Source of the DNA: Thermoplasmata archaeon
GTDB lineage: Archaea > Thermoplasmatota > E2 > JACPAO01 > JAHFTW01
Assembly (NCBI GenBank): GCA_034667725.1
Contig: JAXDQS010000003.1
Span: 288,001-352,000 of the forward strand
Direction of reading: 5' to 3'
Length of the DNA stretch: 64,000 nucleotides
Within the stretch, counting starts at the first letter, position 1. The number at the start of each line of letters is the position of its first letter. Of the stretch, positions 46,808-56,209 are shown piece by piece. The notes under the pieces were generated by a model, which was not told where the DNA came from, did not search any database, and worked only from the letters and a program-made list of their open reading frames with translations. The translations under genes and the position numbers were made by a program.

Positions 46808-47056
46808 CTATCCGAACCAGCGTTGCAGCCAGGCGCCGAGGTCGGTCCAGGCCTTCTCGCCGGCGGGCGTGACGCGGATGCCACTTTCGTCCTCGATGGC
46901 CCAGCCTTTCTCGATGGCCATGGCGAGGTAGCGGCGGAACAGGTCGTAGTTGAGGCGGGTGGCGGCTTGGAGGCGGCTGCGGCTCCATGTCGTGCCTGGG
47001 CGTGCCAGGGCGCCGAGGAGGCGGGCGACGACGTGCAGGTCGAAGCGGGCGGGCAT
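46808..47056 (-). CDS. small archaeal winged-helix DNA-binding protein (HTH_45-like)
   Basis: D..VVAR.L..L, RL..A.RLNY..F.RYL....EKG and .T..G pattern; 82 aa. Confidence 0.75.
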   Translation of the reverse strand: MPARFDLHVVARLLGALARPGTTWSRSRLQAATRLNYDLFRRYLAMAIEKGWAIEDESGIRVTPAGEKAWTDLGAWLQRWFG

Positions 47057-47057
47057 G

Positions 47058-48044
47058 TCAGGCCAGGGGGTTTTGGGCGGCGTGGCGGCGCCAGGCGCGC
47101 AGTTGCCGTTGCACGCGCCATGCCATGAGGAGCCAGCAGGCCAGCACCGCGGCGGCGGCGGCGAGGTAGCTGGCTTGGACGGTGTCTTGCAGGCCGGGGG
47201 CCCAGACGCCGACGCGGTCGCGCAGCAGGCCCCACAGCAGTTGGCGGCCGAGCAGGATGGCGACGAGGAGGAACAGGCCGGCGGCGGCCATGGTGTCGCG
47301 CAGTTGGCGCAGGTGGGCGCCGGCGGCGGTGAACAGGGCGGCGACGTCGGGGAGGCCGGGCGGGCCGGTGGGCGGGGGCGGGGCCGTGGGGTGGCGGCGC
47401 CAGGGGACCAGGACCGCGACGGTGGCGAGGATCAATGCGGCCTCCAGCGTCAGGAAGCCAGGTTCCATGGCGAGCCAGAGCCCTTCGGCGCGGGTGAGGA
47501 CGACGGTGATGCCGGCGCCGTTGGGCTGGGTGGCGTTGTACCAGGCGAGGTCGATGCCGTGGACGCCGGCGGGGACGCGGAGCTGCCGGTTGATTTGGCG
47601 GACGACGTCGCCGTCGTTGGGGTAGATGCTGAAGGTGATGTTGCGGGTGGTGTTGCTGGAGCCGATGCCGTCGGGCCCGACGACGTGGCTGGTGGGCGGC
47701 GTGAACGGGACGTGCAGCAGGACGCGGGCGGTGCCGTTGGGGACTTGGAGGCCTTCGCCCAAGGGGACGACGTAGAGGTCGAGCGGGTACGGGTAGCGGG
47801 CGGCGGTGTCTTCTTCGATGCGCACGATGTCGCCGGGCTGGGCGTCGTCGTAGGGATACACCAGCAGGGTGGCGTTGTCGAGGTGGCTGCCCGTGGTGCC
47901 GGCGAAGGCGTGGCGCTCGCTTCCGTGCAGGCCTTCGCCGTAGAGGAACGCGGCGGCCACCGCCGTGCTGGCCAGCAGGAGGGCGAGGGCGAGGCGGCCG
48001 GGGCCGGGCAGGTCCATGGGCTGCACCACGGGCGCCTGCCTCAT
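47058..48044 (-). CDS. hypothetical membrane protein (extracellular N-domain with several N-x-S/T sequons, 3 C-terminal TMs)
   Basis: N-terminal hydrophobic helix, NAT/NGT/NTT/NIT sequons and C-terminal TMs. Start may be 48017. Confidence 0.65.
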   Translation of the reverse strand: MRQAPVVQPMDLPGPGRLALALLLASTAVAAAFLYGEGLHGSERHAFAGTTGSHLDNATLLVYPYDDAQPGDIVRIEEDTAARYPYPLDLYVVPLGEGLQVPNGTARVLLHVPFTPPTSHVVGPDGIGSSNTTRNITFSIYPNDGDVVRQINRQLRVPAGVHGIDLAWYNATQPNGAGITVVLTRAEGLWLAMEPGFLTLEAALILATVAVLVPWRRHPTAPPPPTGPPGLPDVAALFTAAGAHLRQLRDTMAAAGLFLLVAILLGRQLLWGLLRDRVGVWAPGLQDTVQASYLAAAAAVLACWLLMAWRVQRQLRAWRRHAAQNPLA

Positions 48045-48069
48045 GGGCGTTCCTCCGCGCCGGTCGGGC

Positions 48070-48993
48070 TCACGCCACGACGCGGCGCGCGCGGGCGCTG
48101 CGCGCCACCGCGAGGGCGGTGAACCCTGCCAGGCCGAGCAGCAGCGCGCCCAGGAAGGGGCGCAATTCGTCGAGGCCGAGGCCGAAGGCGTAGAGGTCGA
48201 TGAGGAAGTGGAGCATGATGGCGGCCCAGAGGCCGAAACGCCATGCCACGACGCCGGAGAGCAGGCCGAACAGGGCGGCGAACAGGAAATGCTGGAGGTT
48301 CTGGTAGCCGGCGTGGGCGAAGCCGAACAGGGCGGCTTGGAGGGTGATGGCGACGGCCATGGCGCCGCCGGCGTGGATTCGCTTCAGGGCGTGCCAGAGG
48401 CCGGTCTGGACGAGGCCGCGGTAGAGCAGCTCCTCGCCGACGGCGGCGACCGCCGAGATCATCAGGACGTGGTAGAGCGTGATGTTGGCGTCGAGCCGCG
48501 ACTCGTCGGAGTTCGACAGCCCCGCCGTCAGCCAAAGCAGGGCGAGGTTGGCGAGGGCCAGGACGGGGAACGCGGCGAGGCCGAGGCGGGCGCTGGGGGC
48601 TTCGCCGGCGCCGAGCGGGACGCCGGTGGCGCGCAGGTGGCCGGCGAGGCGGCGGGCCGAGAGGTGGCGCCACAGGCCGGGGTCGCGGCCGCGGGCCCAG
48701 AGCAGGAAGCCGGCGCCGAGCGGGCCGAGGACGCGCAGCGCGGGGACGATGTAGCGGCTCGACTGCTGCTGCGTGTCCAGGGGGCGGAACGGGACGGGGC
48801 TGCCGACGAACGGCAGCGCGAGGTCGGGCAGGACCGCGAGCAGGGTTTGCCAGGCGGGGACGGTCATCAGCCCGACGCCGGCGGCCTGCCAGCCGTTGCG
48901 GCGCACGGCGAAGTGGGCGAGGGCGACGGCGAGGCCCAGCACGAAGGCGGCCTGGTGCTCCTGGACCGCGGTCAGGAGTCCTTGGACTTCCAT
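48070..48993 (-). CDS. CPBP/Abi (CAAX-type) intramembrane glutamic endopeptidase
   Basis: EELLYRG, LFGFAH and HFLID motifs. Confidence 0.88.
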   Translation of the reverse strand: MEVQGLLTAVQEHQAAFVLGLAVALAHFAVRRNGWQAAGVGLMTVPAWQTLLAVLPDLALPFVGSPVPFRPLDTQQQSSRYIVPALRVLGPLGAGFLLWARGRDPGLWRHLSARRLAGHLRATGVPLGAGEAPSARLGLAAFPVLALANLALLWLTAGLSNSDESRLDANITLYHVLMISAVAAVGEELLYRGLVQTGLWHALKRIHAGGAMAVAITLQAALFGFAHAGYQNLQHFLFAALFGLLSGVVAWRFGLWAAIMLHFLIDLYAFGLGLDELRPFLGALLLGLAGFTALAVARSARARRVVA

Positions 48994-49988
48994 GTGCGCG
49001 GGTAGGTGCCCTTGCGGAGCACGACGCGGGTCGGGACGGCGGCGATGCCCTTCTCCTCGGCGAGGGCGCGCTGGCTGGTCATCTTGGCCTCGCCCAGCGC
49101 CACCAGTTCGCCCTTCAGGGTCAGGAGCGCCACCTGCTCGCCCTCCTCGATGCCGGCGTCGAGCTGCGCGATGCCGATGACGGCGAGCGGGGCGCCGTGG
49201 CACACGGCGTCGACGGCGGAGTCGCGCAGCACGATGGCGTTGAGGTGGGCGGCGACCGCCTCGACCGGCCGGAGGACGCGGCGCATCCAGGCCTCGTCCT
49301 TGTCCGTCTGGAGGAAGTGGCGGGCGTCCAGGACGTCGTGCAGCGTCACGAGGTCGGACTCGGTGAACAGGCCGGTGCGGGTGCGGCGCAGCTCCTGCAT
49401 GTGGCCGCGGGTGCCGAGGGCGCGGCCCATGTCGACGCAGAGGTTGCGGATGTAGGTGCCCGCCTGGCAGCCGACGCGGAACAGCACGTCGCGGCCCGAG
49501 ACTTCGAGCACGTCGAGGTAGTACACGCGCCGGATGCGGGGGCGGCGGGCGACGGCGCTTCGAACTGGCGGGGTCTGGTTGATCTTGCCGACGAAGGTGG
49601 CGGCGACCCGGCGGATGTCGGATTCGGGCCGGTCCTCGTGCAGCCGCATCACGGCGACGTACTCCTTGCCCGCGGTCAGCAAGGCGCCGACGGCCCGCAC
49701 CGCGCCGCCGACGCACACCGGCAAGGCGCCGGTGACGCCGGGGTCAAGGGTGCCGCCGTGGCCGACCTCCTCCACCTGCAGGGCGTTGCGGAGCCACGCC
49801 GCCACCTGGTGGCTGGTCGGGCCCGCCGGCTTGTCGAGGACGATGACGCCCGCGGCCAGCAGCTCCGCGACGGAGCGCTGGCTCGGCGGCTTGCCGTACT
49901 TGTCGTCGGTGGCGGCGGCCATGCGGACGAGCCGCTTGCGCGGCCGCTCGGCCGGCAGCACGCCGCTGCGCGCCGGCCCCGCCGTCAC
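48972..49988 (-). CDS. cbf5: H/ACA RNA-guided / tRNA pseudouridine synthase Cbf5 (TruB)
   Basis: DKPAGPTSHQV, GHGGTLDP, QTPP.RSAV, GTYIR.LC, MQELRR and a PUA domain (DSAVDAVCHGA). GTGA overlap with cmk. Confidence 0.95.
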   Translation of the reverse strand: MTAGPARSGVLPAERPRKRLVRMAAATDDKYGKPPSQRSVAELLAAGVIVLDKPAGPTSHQVAAWLRNALQVEEVGHGGTLDPGVTGALPVCVGGAVRAVGALLTAGKEYVAVMRLHEDRPESDIRRVAATFVGKINQTPPVRSAVARRPRIRRVYYLDVLEVSGRDVLFRVGCQAGTYIRNLCVDMGRALGTRGHMQELRRTRTGLFTESDLVTLHDVLDARHFLQTDKDEAWMRRVLRPVEAVAAHLNAIVLRDSAVDAVCHGAPLAVIGIAQLDAGIEEGEQVALLTLKGELVALGEAKMTSQRALAEEKGIAAVPTRVVLRKGTYPRTWKSKDS

Positions 49989-50542
49989 GGCGCCTTCCCC
50001 GTCGTGCCGACCTGCGACTCGGCCAGGCGGGCCTGGATGCGCCCGATCAGCTGCTCGGGGGTCTCGTTGGTGGAGTCGAGCACCAGGTCGTAGAAGCCGG
50101 TCTCCTTGAGGTCGACGCCATAGTAGCGGCGGTAGCGGTCGGCCTCCGACTGCTCGCGCGCCCAGGTCGCCTCGGCCTGGGTGGCAAGGTCGCCGCCGTC
50201 GCGCTGCACGATGCGCCGCAGCCGCTCCTTCTCCTCGCACACCACCCACACTTTGAGGGCGTTGACCTTGTGGCGCTGGGCGAGCCAGCCCGACAGGCGG
50301 CCCTCGAGGATCAGGTTGCCGCGCTTGAGGAGGAAGATCTGGCGGTCGTCGAGCGCCTCGTCGATCGAGGGGTCCTTCTGGCAGAGGGCGCCGAACTCGG
50401 CGATGCTCATGCCGCGGCGCTTGGCCTCCTCGCGGAACAGCGCGCCGGCGTAGGTGTAGGGGAGCTGGAGCTTGTCCGCCAGCAGGCGGCACAGCGTGCT
50501 GGTGCCCGTGCCCGGGAGGCCGCCGACGGTGACCGTCCTCAT
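49985..50542 (-). CDS. cmk: archaeal cytidylate kinase
   Basis: GGLPGTGTST, G..FR..A...GMS, EGRLSG and RY..YYG.D motifs; syntenic with DUF106 and cbf5. Confidence 0.92.
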   Translation of the reverse strand: MRTVTVGGLPGTGTSTLCRLLADKLQLPYTYAGALFREEAKRRGMSIAEFGALCQKDPSIDEALDDRQIFLLKRGNLILEGRLSGWLAQRHKVNALKVWVVCEEKERLRRIVQRDGGDLATQAEATWAREQSEADRYRRYYGVDLKETGFYDLVLDSTNETPEQLIGRIQARLAESQVGTTGKAP

Positions 50543-51216
50543 CCGTGGACCCCGGGGTGGCGCTTCGCCCAGCGCTCCTTCCAGGCGTAGTACTTCATGG
50601 CCTTCCCGATGAGCGAGCCCAGCGGGATGGACAGCAGCATGTAGAGGAGGACCCAGTGGGGGAAGACCGAGGTGCCGAACAGGACGCCGTTGTTGGCGAA
50701 CATGTTGACCTGAGGGTTCCACGGCGCCGTGAACCAGGTGTAGTCGAGCTGGTAGAGCCAAGTCGTGAGCCACGCGAACAAGGGCACGGCGACGATCATG
50801 GTGATGGGCATCGACTTGAGCTGCTTGCCCTGCAACGCCTGGCTGCGCGCCATGATCTCCGGCTGCGCGTCGTTGAGGACCTTCAGCTTGTAGGTGTTGT
50901 TCTCCTTGGTCGCCTTGATCTTCTCGCGCTGGAAATGGCGCATGTAGGCCTGGGTGCGCGCCGTCTCGAGCCAGTCGGTGGTGAAGTGGCGCACGACGGT
51001 GGAGCCGATGACCAGCAGGCTGCCGGCCAAGAGGATGGTCAGCACGGGGTAGTGGCCGCCGAAGCCCACCAGGGGGTCCAGCACGTAGCCGGCGTAGCGG
51101 CCGGTGACCAGCCGGAGGTCGTTGTTGAACAGGATGAAGAAGACCAGCACGATGCTGAGGATGGTGAGGAACCCCATCTTCGGGCGGGGCGGCGCCGGCT
51201 TGGCGTCGGCCATCAC
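50539..51216 (-). CDS. EMC3/TMCO1 (DUF106, Oxa1 superfamily) membrane insertase
   Basis: TM, coiled-coil, TM layout, W..LY.L.S motif, canonical position after adkA. Confidence 0.88.
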   Translation of the reverse strand: MMADAKPAPPRPKMGFLTILSIVLVFFILFNNDLRLVTGRYAGYVLDPLVGFGGHYPVLTILLAGSLLVIGSTVVRHFTTDWLETARTQAYMRHFQREKIKATKENNTYKLKVLNDAQPEIMARSQALQGKQLKSMPITMIVAVPLFAWLTTWLYQLDYTWFTAPWNPQVNMFANNGVLFGTSVFPHWVLLYMLLSIPLGSLIGKAMKYYAWKERWAKRHPGVHG

Positions 51217-51785
51217 GCCACCGCCTTGACGGGAAGGTGGGCCACGACGGGCAGCATCTGGCGGATGGCCTCCTCGACCTTGCCGTCATGGTTGTGGACG
51301 GTGTGCACGGTGGCGCCGGTCAGGGTGGCGTAGGCGGCGGCGAAGCGGCGGTTGAACTCCTGGTGCTCCGCGATGGCCGCGAGCGTGTCGTCGTCGCGCT
51401 TGCGGGTGGCGTCGTTCTGGCGGCGGCGCAGGATCTCCTCCGGCGCGGCCTCGACCAGCACGATGGCGCTCGGCTCCAGCTCCGTCAGCACCCAGGCGGG
51501 CAGGCCGGGCAGGTAGCCGGTGGGCGTCTTGATGCTGCAATGGGTGTCGACGATGACGTCGCCCATGGCGGCGATGCGCTTGGCGGCCTCCTTCTGGATC
51601 TGCTTCTGGACCGTGGCCGGCAGCTTGCGCATCTCGTCGCGCGACTGCACCGTGCCGCTGCGCTGCGCGACCTCGAACATGACCGAGCCATAGACCGCGA
51701 TCGGGAGCTTGCGGGACTTGGCGGCGGTCTCCATGACCGTGGTCTTCCCGACCCCGGGGATGCCGGTCACGATGATGGCGCCCAT
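51213..51785 (-). CDS. adkA: archaeal adenylate kinase
   Basis: VTGIPGVGKTT, RDEMRKL, IVDTH..IKTP.GYLPGLP and RR..D..R.RD motifs. Confidence 0.95.
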   Translation of the reverse strand: MGAIIVTGIPGVGKTTVMETAAKSRKLPIAVYGSVMFEVAQRSGTVQSRDEMRKLPATVQKQIQKEAAKRIAAMGDVIVDTHCSIKTPTGYLPGLPAWVLTELEPSAIVLVEAAPEEILRRRQNDATRKRDDDTLAAIAEHQEFNRRFAAAYATLTGATVHTVHNHDGKVEEAIRQMLPVVAHLPVKAVA

Positions 51786-51850
51786 GGCGGCGCCGACTCG
51801 GAGGCGGTTCTTAAGACCGTGGCCAAGCGTCCCACGACGCGCCCCCACGC

Positions 51851-51900
51851 GACGCAGATTCCACAGAATCCGCTTTGGCTCGGTCTGTGGAATCTGTGTC
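51851..51900. repeat. 17-bp inverted repeat / hairpin in adkA-traB divergent intergenic region
   Basis: GACGCAGATTCCACAGA (51851-51867) pairs with TCTGTGGAATCTGTGTC (51884-51900) with one G-T mismatch. Confidence 0.8.
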
Positions 51901-51990
51901 CAGTCGGGGCGGGCCGGCCGGCACACCGTTCTGCAGAGCCCAACGCCGACCAGATGGTTTTCATCCCAAGCCCAGGTCGCCTGCCTTGCC

Positions 51991-53166
51991 GTGATCGAGG
52001 AGGTGCGCCCCGGCGTCGTGGTGGTCGGGACCGCCCACATCAGCGCGACCAGCGTCGCAGAGGTGGAGTCGACCATCCGGTCGCGCCGGCCGGCCAAGGT
52101 GCTGGTGGAGCTCGACGCCGTCCGCCGCGCCGCGCTGGAGGACCCGGAGGCGTGGCAGCGCACCGACATCTTCCAGGTGCTGAAGCAGAAGAAGCAGCAC
52201 CTGTTCATGCTGCAGCTCTACTTGGGCGCCATGCAAGCCCAGATGGGGCGCCAGACCGGTGTGGCCCCCGGCGCCGAGCTGCTGCGCGCCCTGCAGGTCG
52301 CCCACGAGGTCGGCGCGGAGGTCGTGCTGGTGGACCGCGACATCCGCATCACCCTCAAGCGCGGCTTCGGCGGCATGGGCTTCTGGGCCAAGATGCGCCT
52401 GGCGTTCCACGTCGCGATGGCGGTCTTCACGCCCTCCAAGGCCGGCGACGCCCAGAAGCTCGACGTCGATGCGATGCTCCAGTCGGACGCCATCACGCAG
52501 ATGACCGAGGAGTTCGCGCGCTTCGCCCCCGAGATCAAGGTCGCCCTCATCGACGAGCGCGACGCCTACATGGCCTCGCACATCCACGAGCAGGCGCAGC
52601 AGGCCGGCCCCACGGGCCTGGTGGCGGTCGTCGGCGCCGGCCACATGCCCGGCATCCGCGCCCACCTCGCCGCTCCCGCCGCGATCCCTGCGCGCGCCAC
52701 GCTGGACGAGCTGCCGGCGCCCCGCCTCACCGTCGGCAAAATCATCGGGTGGGCCATCCCCATCCTGTTCGTCGCCTACTTCGTCTGGCTGGGCGTCAGC
52801 GGCAACTACCGCCAGCTTGGCGAGGAGGCGGTCTGGTTCATCCTGATCACGGGCGGCTGCTCGGCCATCGGCTGCGCGCTTGCCCTAGGCCATCCGCTCT
52901 CCATCCTCACCGCGTTCGCCGCCGCCCCCATCGGCGTGCTGCATCCCTTGGTGGCCACGGGCTGGTTCGCGGGGCTGGTGGAGGCCAAGGTCCGCTCCCC
53001 CACCGTGGCCGACTTCGCCGCCATCAAGCACATGGAGACCATGGGCCAGTTCCTCCGGAACGGCGTCGTGCGGATTTTGTGGGTCACCGCCCTCACCAAC
53101 CTCGGCGCCATGGTGTCCACCGTGTTCGTGGCCTCGCGCATCATCGGGGCGCTGGGAGGCGGCTGA
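51991..53166 (+). CDS. TraB/PrgY (pheromone shutdown) family protein
   Basis: VGTAH.S..S, VELD..R, PG.E, DRDI.ITL.R, LIDERD.YMA and VVGAGH motifs plus C-terminal TMs. Confidence 0.92.
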   Translation: MIEEVRPGVVVVGTAHISATSVAEVESTIRSRRPAKVLVELDAVRRAALEDPEAWQRTDIFQVLKQKKQHLFMLQLYLGAMQAQMGRQTGVAPGAELLRALQVAHEVGAEVVLVDRDIRITLKRGFGGMGFWAKMRLAFHVAMAVFTPSKAGDAQKLDVDAMLQSDAITQMTEEFARFAPEIKVALIDERDAYMASHIHEQAQQAGPTGLVAVVGAGHMPGIRAHLAAPAAIPARATLDELPAPRLTVGKIIGWAIPILFVAYFVWLGVSGNYRQLGEEAVWFILITGGCSAIGCALALGHPLSILTAFAAAPIGVLHPLVATGWFAGLVEAKVRSPTVADFAAIKHMETMGQFLRNGVVRILWVTALTNLGAMVSTVFVASRIIGALGGG

Positions 53167-53813
53167 TGGAGGACTGGCATGACGGCCCGCCCAAGGTGCG
53201 CTTCAGCGGCACCGAGGCCTTGCACCTGGCCGTCGGCGTGGCGGTCCTGACCTACTGCTTCGCCATGCTGCGCGCCCCGCTGGTGGAGACGCCGGCCGAC
53301 CTGGCGCGGCGCATGACCCCCGAGCCCATCCACCTGCTGGCCGCGTTCCTGGCCGTCACCACCGGCTTCGTGCTGCACGAGCTGGCCCACAAGGTGGTCG
53401 CCCAGCGCTACGGCTACTGGGCCGAGTTCCGCGCCCAGTTCCCCAGCCTCGGCCTCAGCCTCCTCATGGCGGTCTTCACGCCGCTCTTGGTCGCGGCCCC
53501 CGGCGCCGTCTTGATCCAGGGCCGCGTCACCGCCCGCGAGTCCGGCATCATCAGCCTCGTCGGCCCCGCCCTCAACTTCGTCGTCGCCTTGGCCGCCCTG
53601 CCGTTCGCGCGCGGCGTCAACCCCGACGCCCCCGTGCCCCTGGTGTTCGGCATGGTCGCCCTGGTCAACGCCGTGCTGGCCGCCTTCAACCTGCTGCCGT
53701 TCGGGCCGCTCGACGGCCGCAAGGTGCTGCGCTGGAGCAAGCCGGTCTGGGCGGCCTGCTTCCTGGCCACCGGCGGCCTCGTGGTGCTGGCCTTCCTCCT
53801 GGTGCCGGCGTAG
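53166..53813 (+). CDS. site-2 protease family Zn metalloprotease (M50)
   Basis: HELAHK, AAPGAV, GP..N and FNLLPFGPLDG.K motifs; coupled to traB as is common in archaea. Confidence 0.92.
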   Translation: MEDWHDGPPKVRFSGTEALHLAVGVAVLTYCFAMLRAPLVETPADLARRMTPEPIHLLAAFLAVTTGFVLHELAHKVVAQRYGYWAEFRAQFPSLGLSLLMAVFTPLLVAAPGAVLIQGRVTARESGIISLVGPALNFVVALAALPFARGVNPDAPVPLVFGMVALVNAVLAAFNLLPFGPLDGRKVLRWSKPVWAACFLATGGLVVLAFLLVPA

Positions 53814-54017
53814 TCACCAGCGGCCGCCGGCGCGGCGCCGGGCGTTCTGGCGCGTGCCCACGAGGATGAGCGCCAGGACGGCGGCCAAAAGCGACAGGAT
53901 CCACGCCAGCACGAAGGCGTTCACGCCCTGGTCGGGCCAGAGGAGGCTCGCAATCCACTCGCCGAGGAACCAGGCGAGGGTGCCGGCGGCGAAGGCGGCG
54001 GCGACACGGCCTAGCAT
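53814..54017 (-). CDS. small 2-TM membrane protein
   Basis: 67 aa with two hydrophobic helices and a basic tail. A TATA-like element lies about 25 nt upstream. Confidence 0.6.
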   Translation of the reverse strand: MLGRVAAAFAAGTLAWFLGEWIASLLWPDQGVNAFVLAWILSLLAAVLALILVGTRQNARRRAGGRW

Positions 54018-54086
54018 GGCTGGCGCCAGCGCGGCCGGCCTATTCAAGCGCCAAGCCTCAAGCCTGCGACCCGCCTCGCGCGCCGC

Positions 54087-55052
54087 ATGGACCTCGCGGC
54101 GCATCCTGAGGTGCGCGACCTTGCCGTCGACCGGCCGCTCCGGGTGCGGCAGCTCATGCAGATGTGGAGCGCGGGCGGCGGCTTCACCGCGAAGAAGCTC
54201 GCCGACGCCGCCGACCTGTTGGAGCGCATGGTCGCGAACCCGGACGAGAAGGTGTTCCTGAGCTTCCCCGCCGCCCTGTGCGCGACGGGCACGCGCGGCG
54301 TCCTCCGGGACCTGGTGAAGCACAAGCTCGTGGACGCCGTCATCACCACTTGCGGCACGCTCGACCACGACCTCGCCCGGCTGTGGGAGCCCTACTTGTC
54401 CGGCTCGTTCGAGATGGACGACCGCGTGCTGCACCAGGAGGGCATCAACCGGCTCGGCAACGTCCTGGTGCCGAACTCCAGCTACGGCGACGTGCTGGAG
54501 GCCAAGCTCCGTCCGCTGCTGGCGGAGTGGGTGGCGGCCGGCAACAAGCACTTCGGCACCCGCGAGCTGTGCGCCAAGCTGGGCGAGTGGGCGGGGCGCG
54601 AGGACAACCGCGAGGAGTCGATCCTCTACTGGGCGCACCGCAACAACATTCCCGTGTTCGTGCCCGGCCCCACCGACGGCAGCGTCGGCGCGCAGGTGTG
54701 GATGACGTACCAGCAGAACCGCGACCTGCGCTTCGACCTCTTGAAGGACGAGCAGGAACTGTGCGACTTCGTCTACGGCGCCAAGCGGCTCGGGTCGCTC
54801 ATGATCGGCGGCGGCATCTCGAAGCACCACGTCATCTGGTGGAGCCAGTTCCGCGACGGCCTCGACACGGTGGTCTACCTGACGAGCGCCCCCGAGTGGG
54901 ACGGCAGCCTGTCCGGCGCCCGCGTGCGCGAGGCCGTGAGCTGGGGGAAGGTGAAGGAGGACGCCCGCTGGGAGACGGTCGAGGGCGATGCGACGGTGCT
55001 GCTGCCGTTGCTGGTGGCGGACCTGTTCGAGCGGCTGGGCGGGCGCGTTTAG
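54087..55052 (+). CDS. dys: deoxyhypusine synthase
   Basis: GINRLGN, TDGS.G, IGGGISKHH and DGSLSGA..EAVSWGK (catalytic Lys). Confidence 0.95.
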   Translation: MDLAAHPEVRDLAVDRPLRVRQLMQMWSAGGGFTAKKLADAADLLERMVANPDEKVFLSFPAALCATGTRGVLRDLVKHKLVDAVITTCGTLDHDLARLWEPYLSGSFEMDDRVLHQEGINRLGNVLVPNSSYGDVLEAKLRPLLAEWVAAGNKHFGTRELCAKLGEWAGREDNREESILYWAHRNNIPVFVPGPTDGSVGAQVWMTYQQNRDLRFDLLKDEQELCDFVYGAKRLGSLMIGGGISKHHVIWWSQFRDGLDTVVYLTSAPEWDGSLSGARVREAVSWGKVKEDARWETVEGDATVLLPLLVADLFERLGGRV

Positions 55053-55408
55053 CCGAAGCGGGAGCCGAGCAGGCCAAGCAGGCCCAGGCCGCCGCTGGTG
55101 CCGACGAAGCCGCCGCCAATCAGGAGCGCGGTGCGCACGCCGTCGGTGAGGCGGGAGGGCAGGGCGGCGCCGAGCGCGCACGCGACCTGCAGCGTGATGC
55201 TCCCGAGCGTCGTGAACACCATGTAGGTGATGAGCTGGCCAGGGGCGCCGTCGGAGTCGGAGAGGGTGACGACCAGGAGCACCAGCGAGCCGAGGGCGAG
55301 GATGCCGAGGCCGATGGCGCCGACCAGGAACGGCAGCGGGGCGGGGTCCCACGTGGACGACGCCGGGGCGGGCAGGGGCAGCGGAGCCGGCAGGGGAGCA
55401 GGCTCCAT
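55049..55408 (-). CDS. 3-TM membrane protein (paralogue 3 of tandem triplet)
   Basis: VGAIGLGIL...LSD...LG...DGVRTALLIGG. Start is 55408 or 55450. Confidence 0.65.
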   Translation of the reverse strand: MEPAPLPAPLPLPAPASSTWDPAPLPFLVGAIGLGILALGSLVLLVVTLSDSDGAPGQLITYMVFTTLGSITLQVACALGAALPSRLTDGVRTALLIGGGFVGTSGGLGLLGLLGSRFG

Positions 55409-55481
55409 CGGGTAGGCGGGGCGGGCGGCGGACGCGCGGGGAGTCGGCATCGCGACGCCGCAGGTCCCACAGGTGAAAAGG

Positions 55482-55769
55482 CTAGCCGACCAGGTTCGCG
55501 GCCCCTGGCACGTGCGTCATGAAGTAGGCGGCGGCCACCAGGAACGCGCACCGCACGCCCCAGCCGAGCCCGCGCTGGAAGAAGGCGACGAGGGCCATGC
55601 CCACCGGAAGGGCGAGGAGACCCAGGAACCGGAGGGTCAGGACCAGGTGGTCGTCGGCCGCGTCCTCGAGGGTGGCGAAGTAGCGGGCCGCCGCCGCGGC
55701 GGCCATGAGGCCGAGCCCCGCGGCGGCGACCCACATGCCGAGGCCGGGCCGGTCGGCGGGGCTGGACAC
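55482..55769 (-). CDS. 3-TM membrane protein (paralogue 2 of tandem triplet)
   Basis: VAAAGLGLM...LED...LG...WGVRCAFLVAA. Confidence 0.65.
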   Translation of the reverse strand: MSSPADRPGLGMWVAAAGLGLMAAAAAARYFATLEDAADDHLVLTLRFLGLLALPVGMALVAFFQRGLGWGVRCAFLVAAAYFMTHVPGAANLVG

Positions 55770-55805
55770 GGCCTGGCAACGGCGGGGTCCGCTATGGCGT
55801 TGGCG

Positions 55806-56120
55806 CTAGCGGAAGGGCGGCAGGACGCCGGTGATGCCGACCAGCACCAGCGCGGCGCCGAGCAGCATGGCGAGGCGGATGCCCCAGGAGGCGCCCGTCA
55901 TGAACAGCGCGCCCAGGGCGAGGCCGCCGGTCAGGCCGACGACGCCGAGCATCTGGAAGAACATGGACGCCTTCTCCTCGTCGCGGTAGTCGTCGAGGCC
56001 GTTGAAGAACTGGATGATGAAGGCGAGCACCATCAGGGCCAGGCCGATGGCGGCGATGAGCCACCAGAGGTTGGCGCGGGCGTCGAAGCGGGCGTGCGAG
56101 GGGGAATAAGTCTCCACCAT
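55806..56120 (-). CDS. 3-TM membrane protein (paralogue 1 of tandem triplet)
   Basis: IAAIGLALM...LDD...LG...WGIRLAMLLGA. Confidence 0.7.
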   Translation of the reverse strand: MVETYSPSHARFDARANLWWLIAAIGLALMVLAFIIQFFNGLDDYRDEEKASMFFQMLGVVGLTGGLALGALFMTGASWGIRLAMLLGAALVLVGITGVLPPFR

Positions 56121-56209
56121 CGCGGCAATGATCAAGGACCAGGAATGAAAGGCCTCCGGAATGCATCGCGGTTGGACGGGGTCGAGGGCAAGCGGCAGGT
56201 TCCTAAACC

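Noticed and set aside
48070-48993. Abi phage-defence system
   Set aside because: The 'Abi' name of CPBP proteases is historical. This is a lone housekeeping-type membrane protease at the end of the adk-cmk-cbf5 run.
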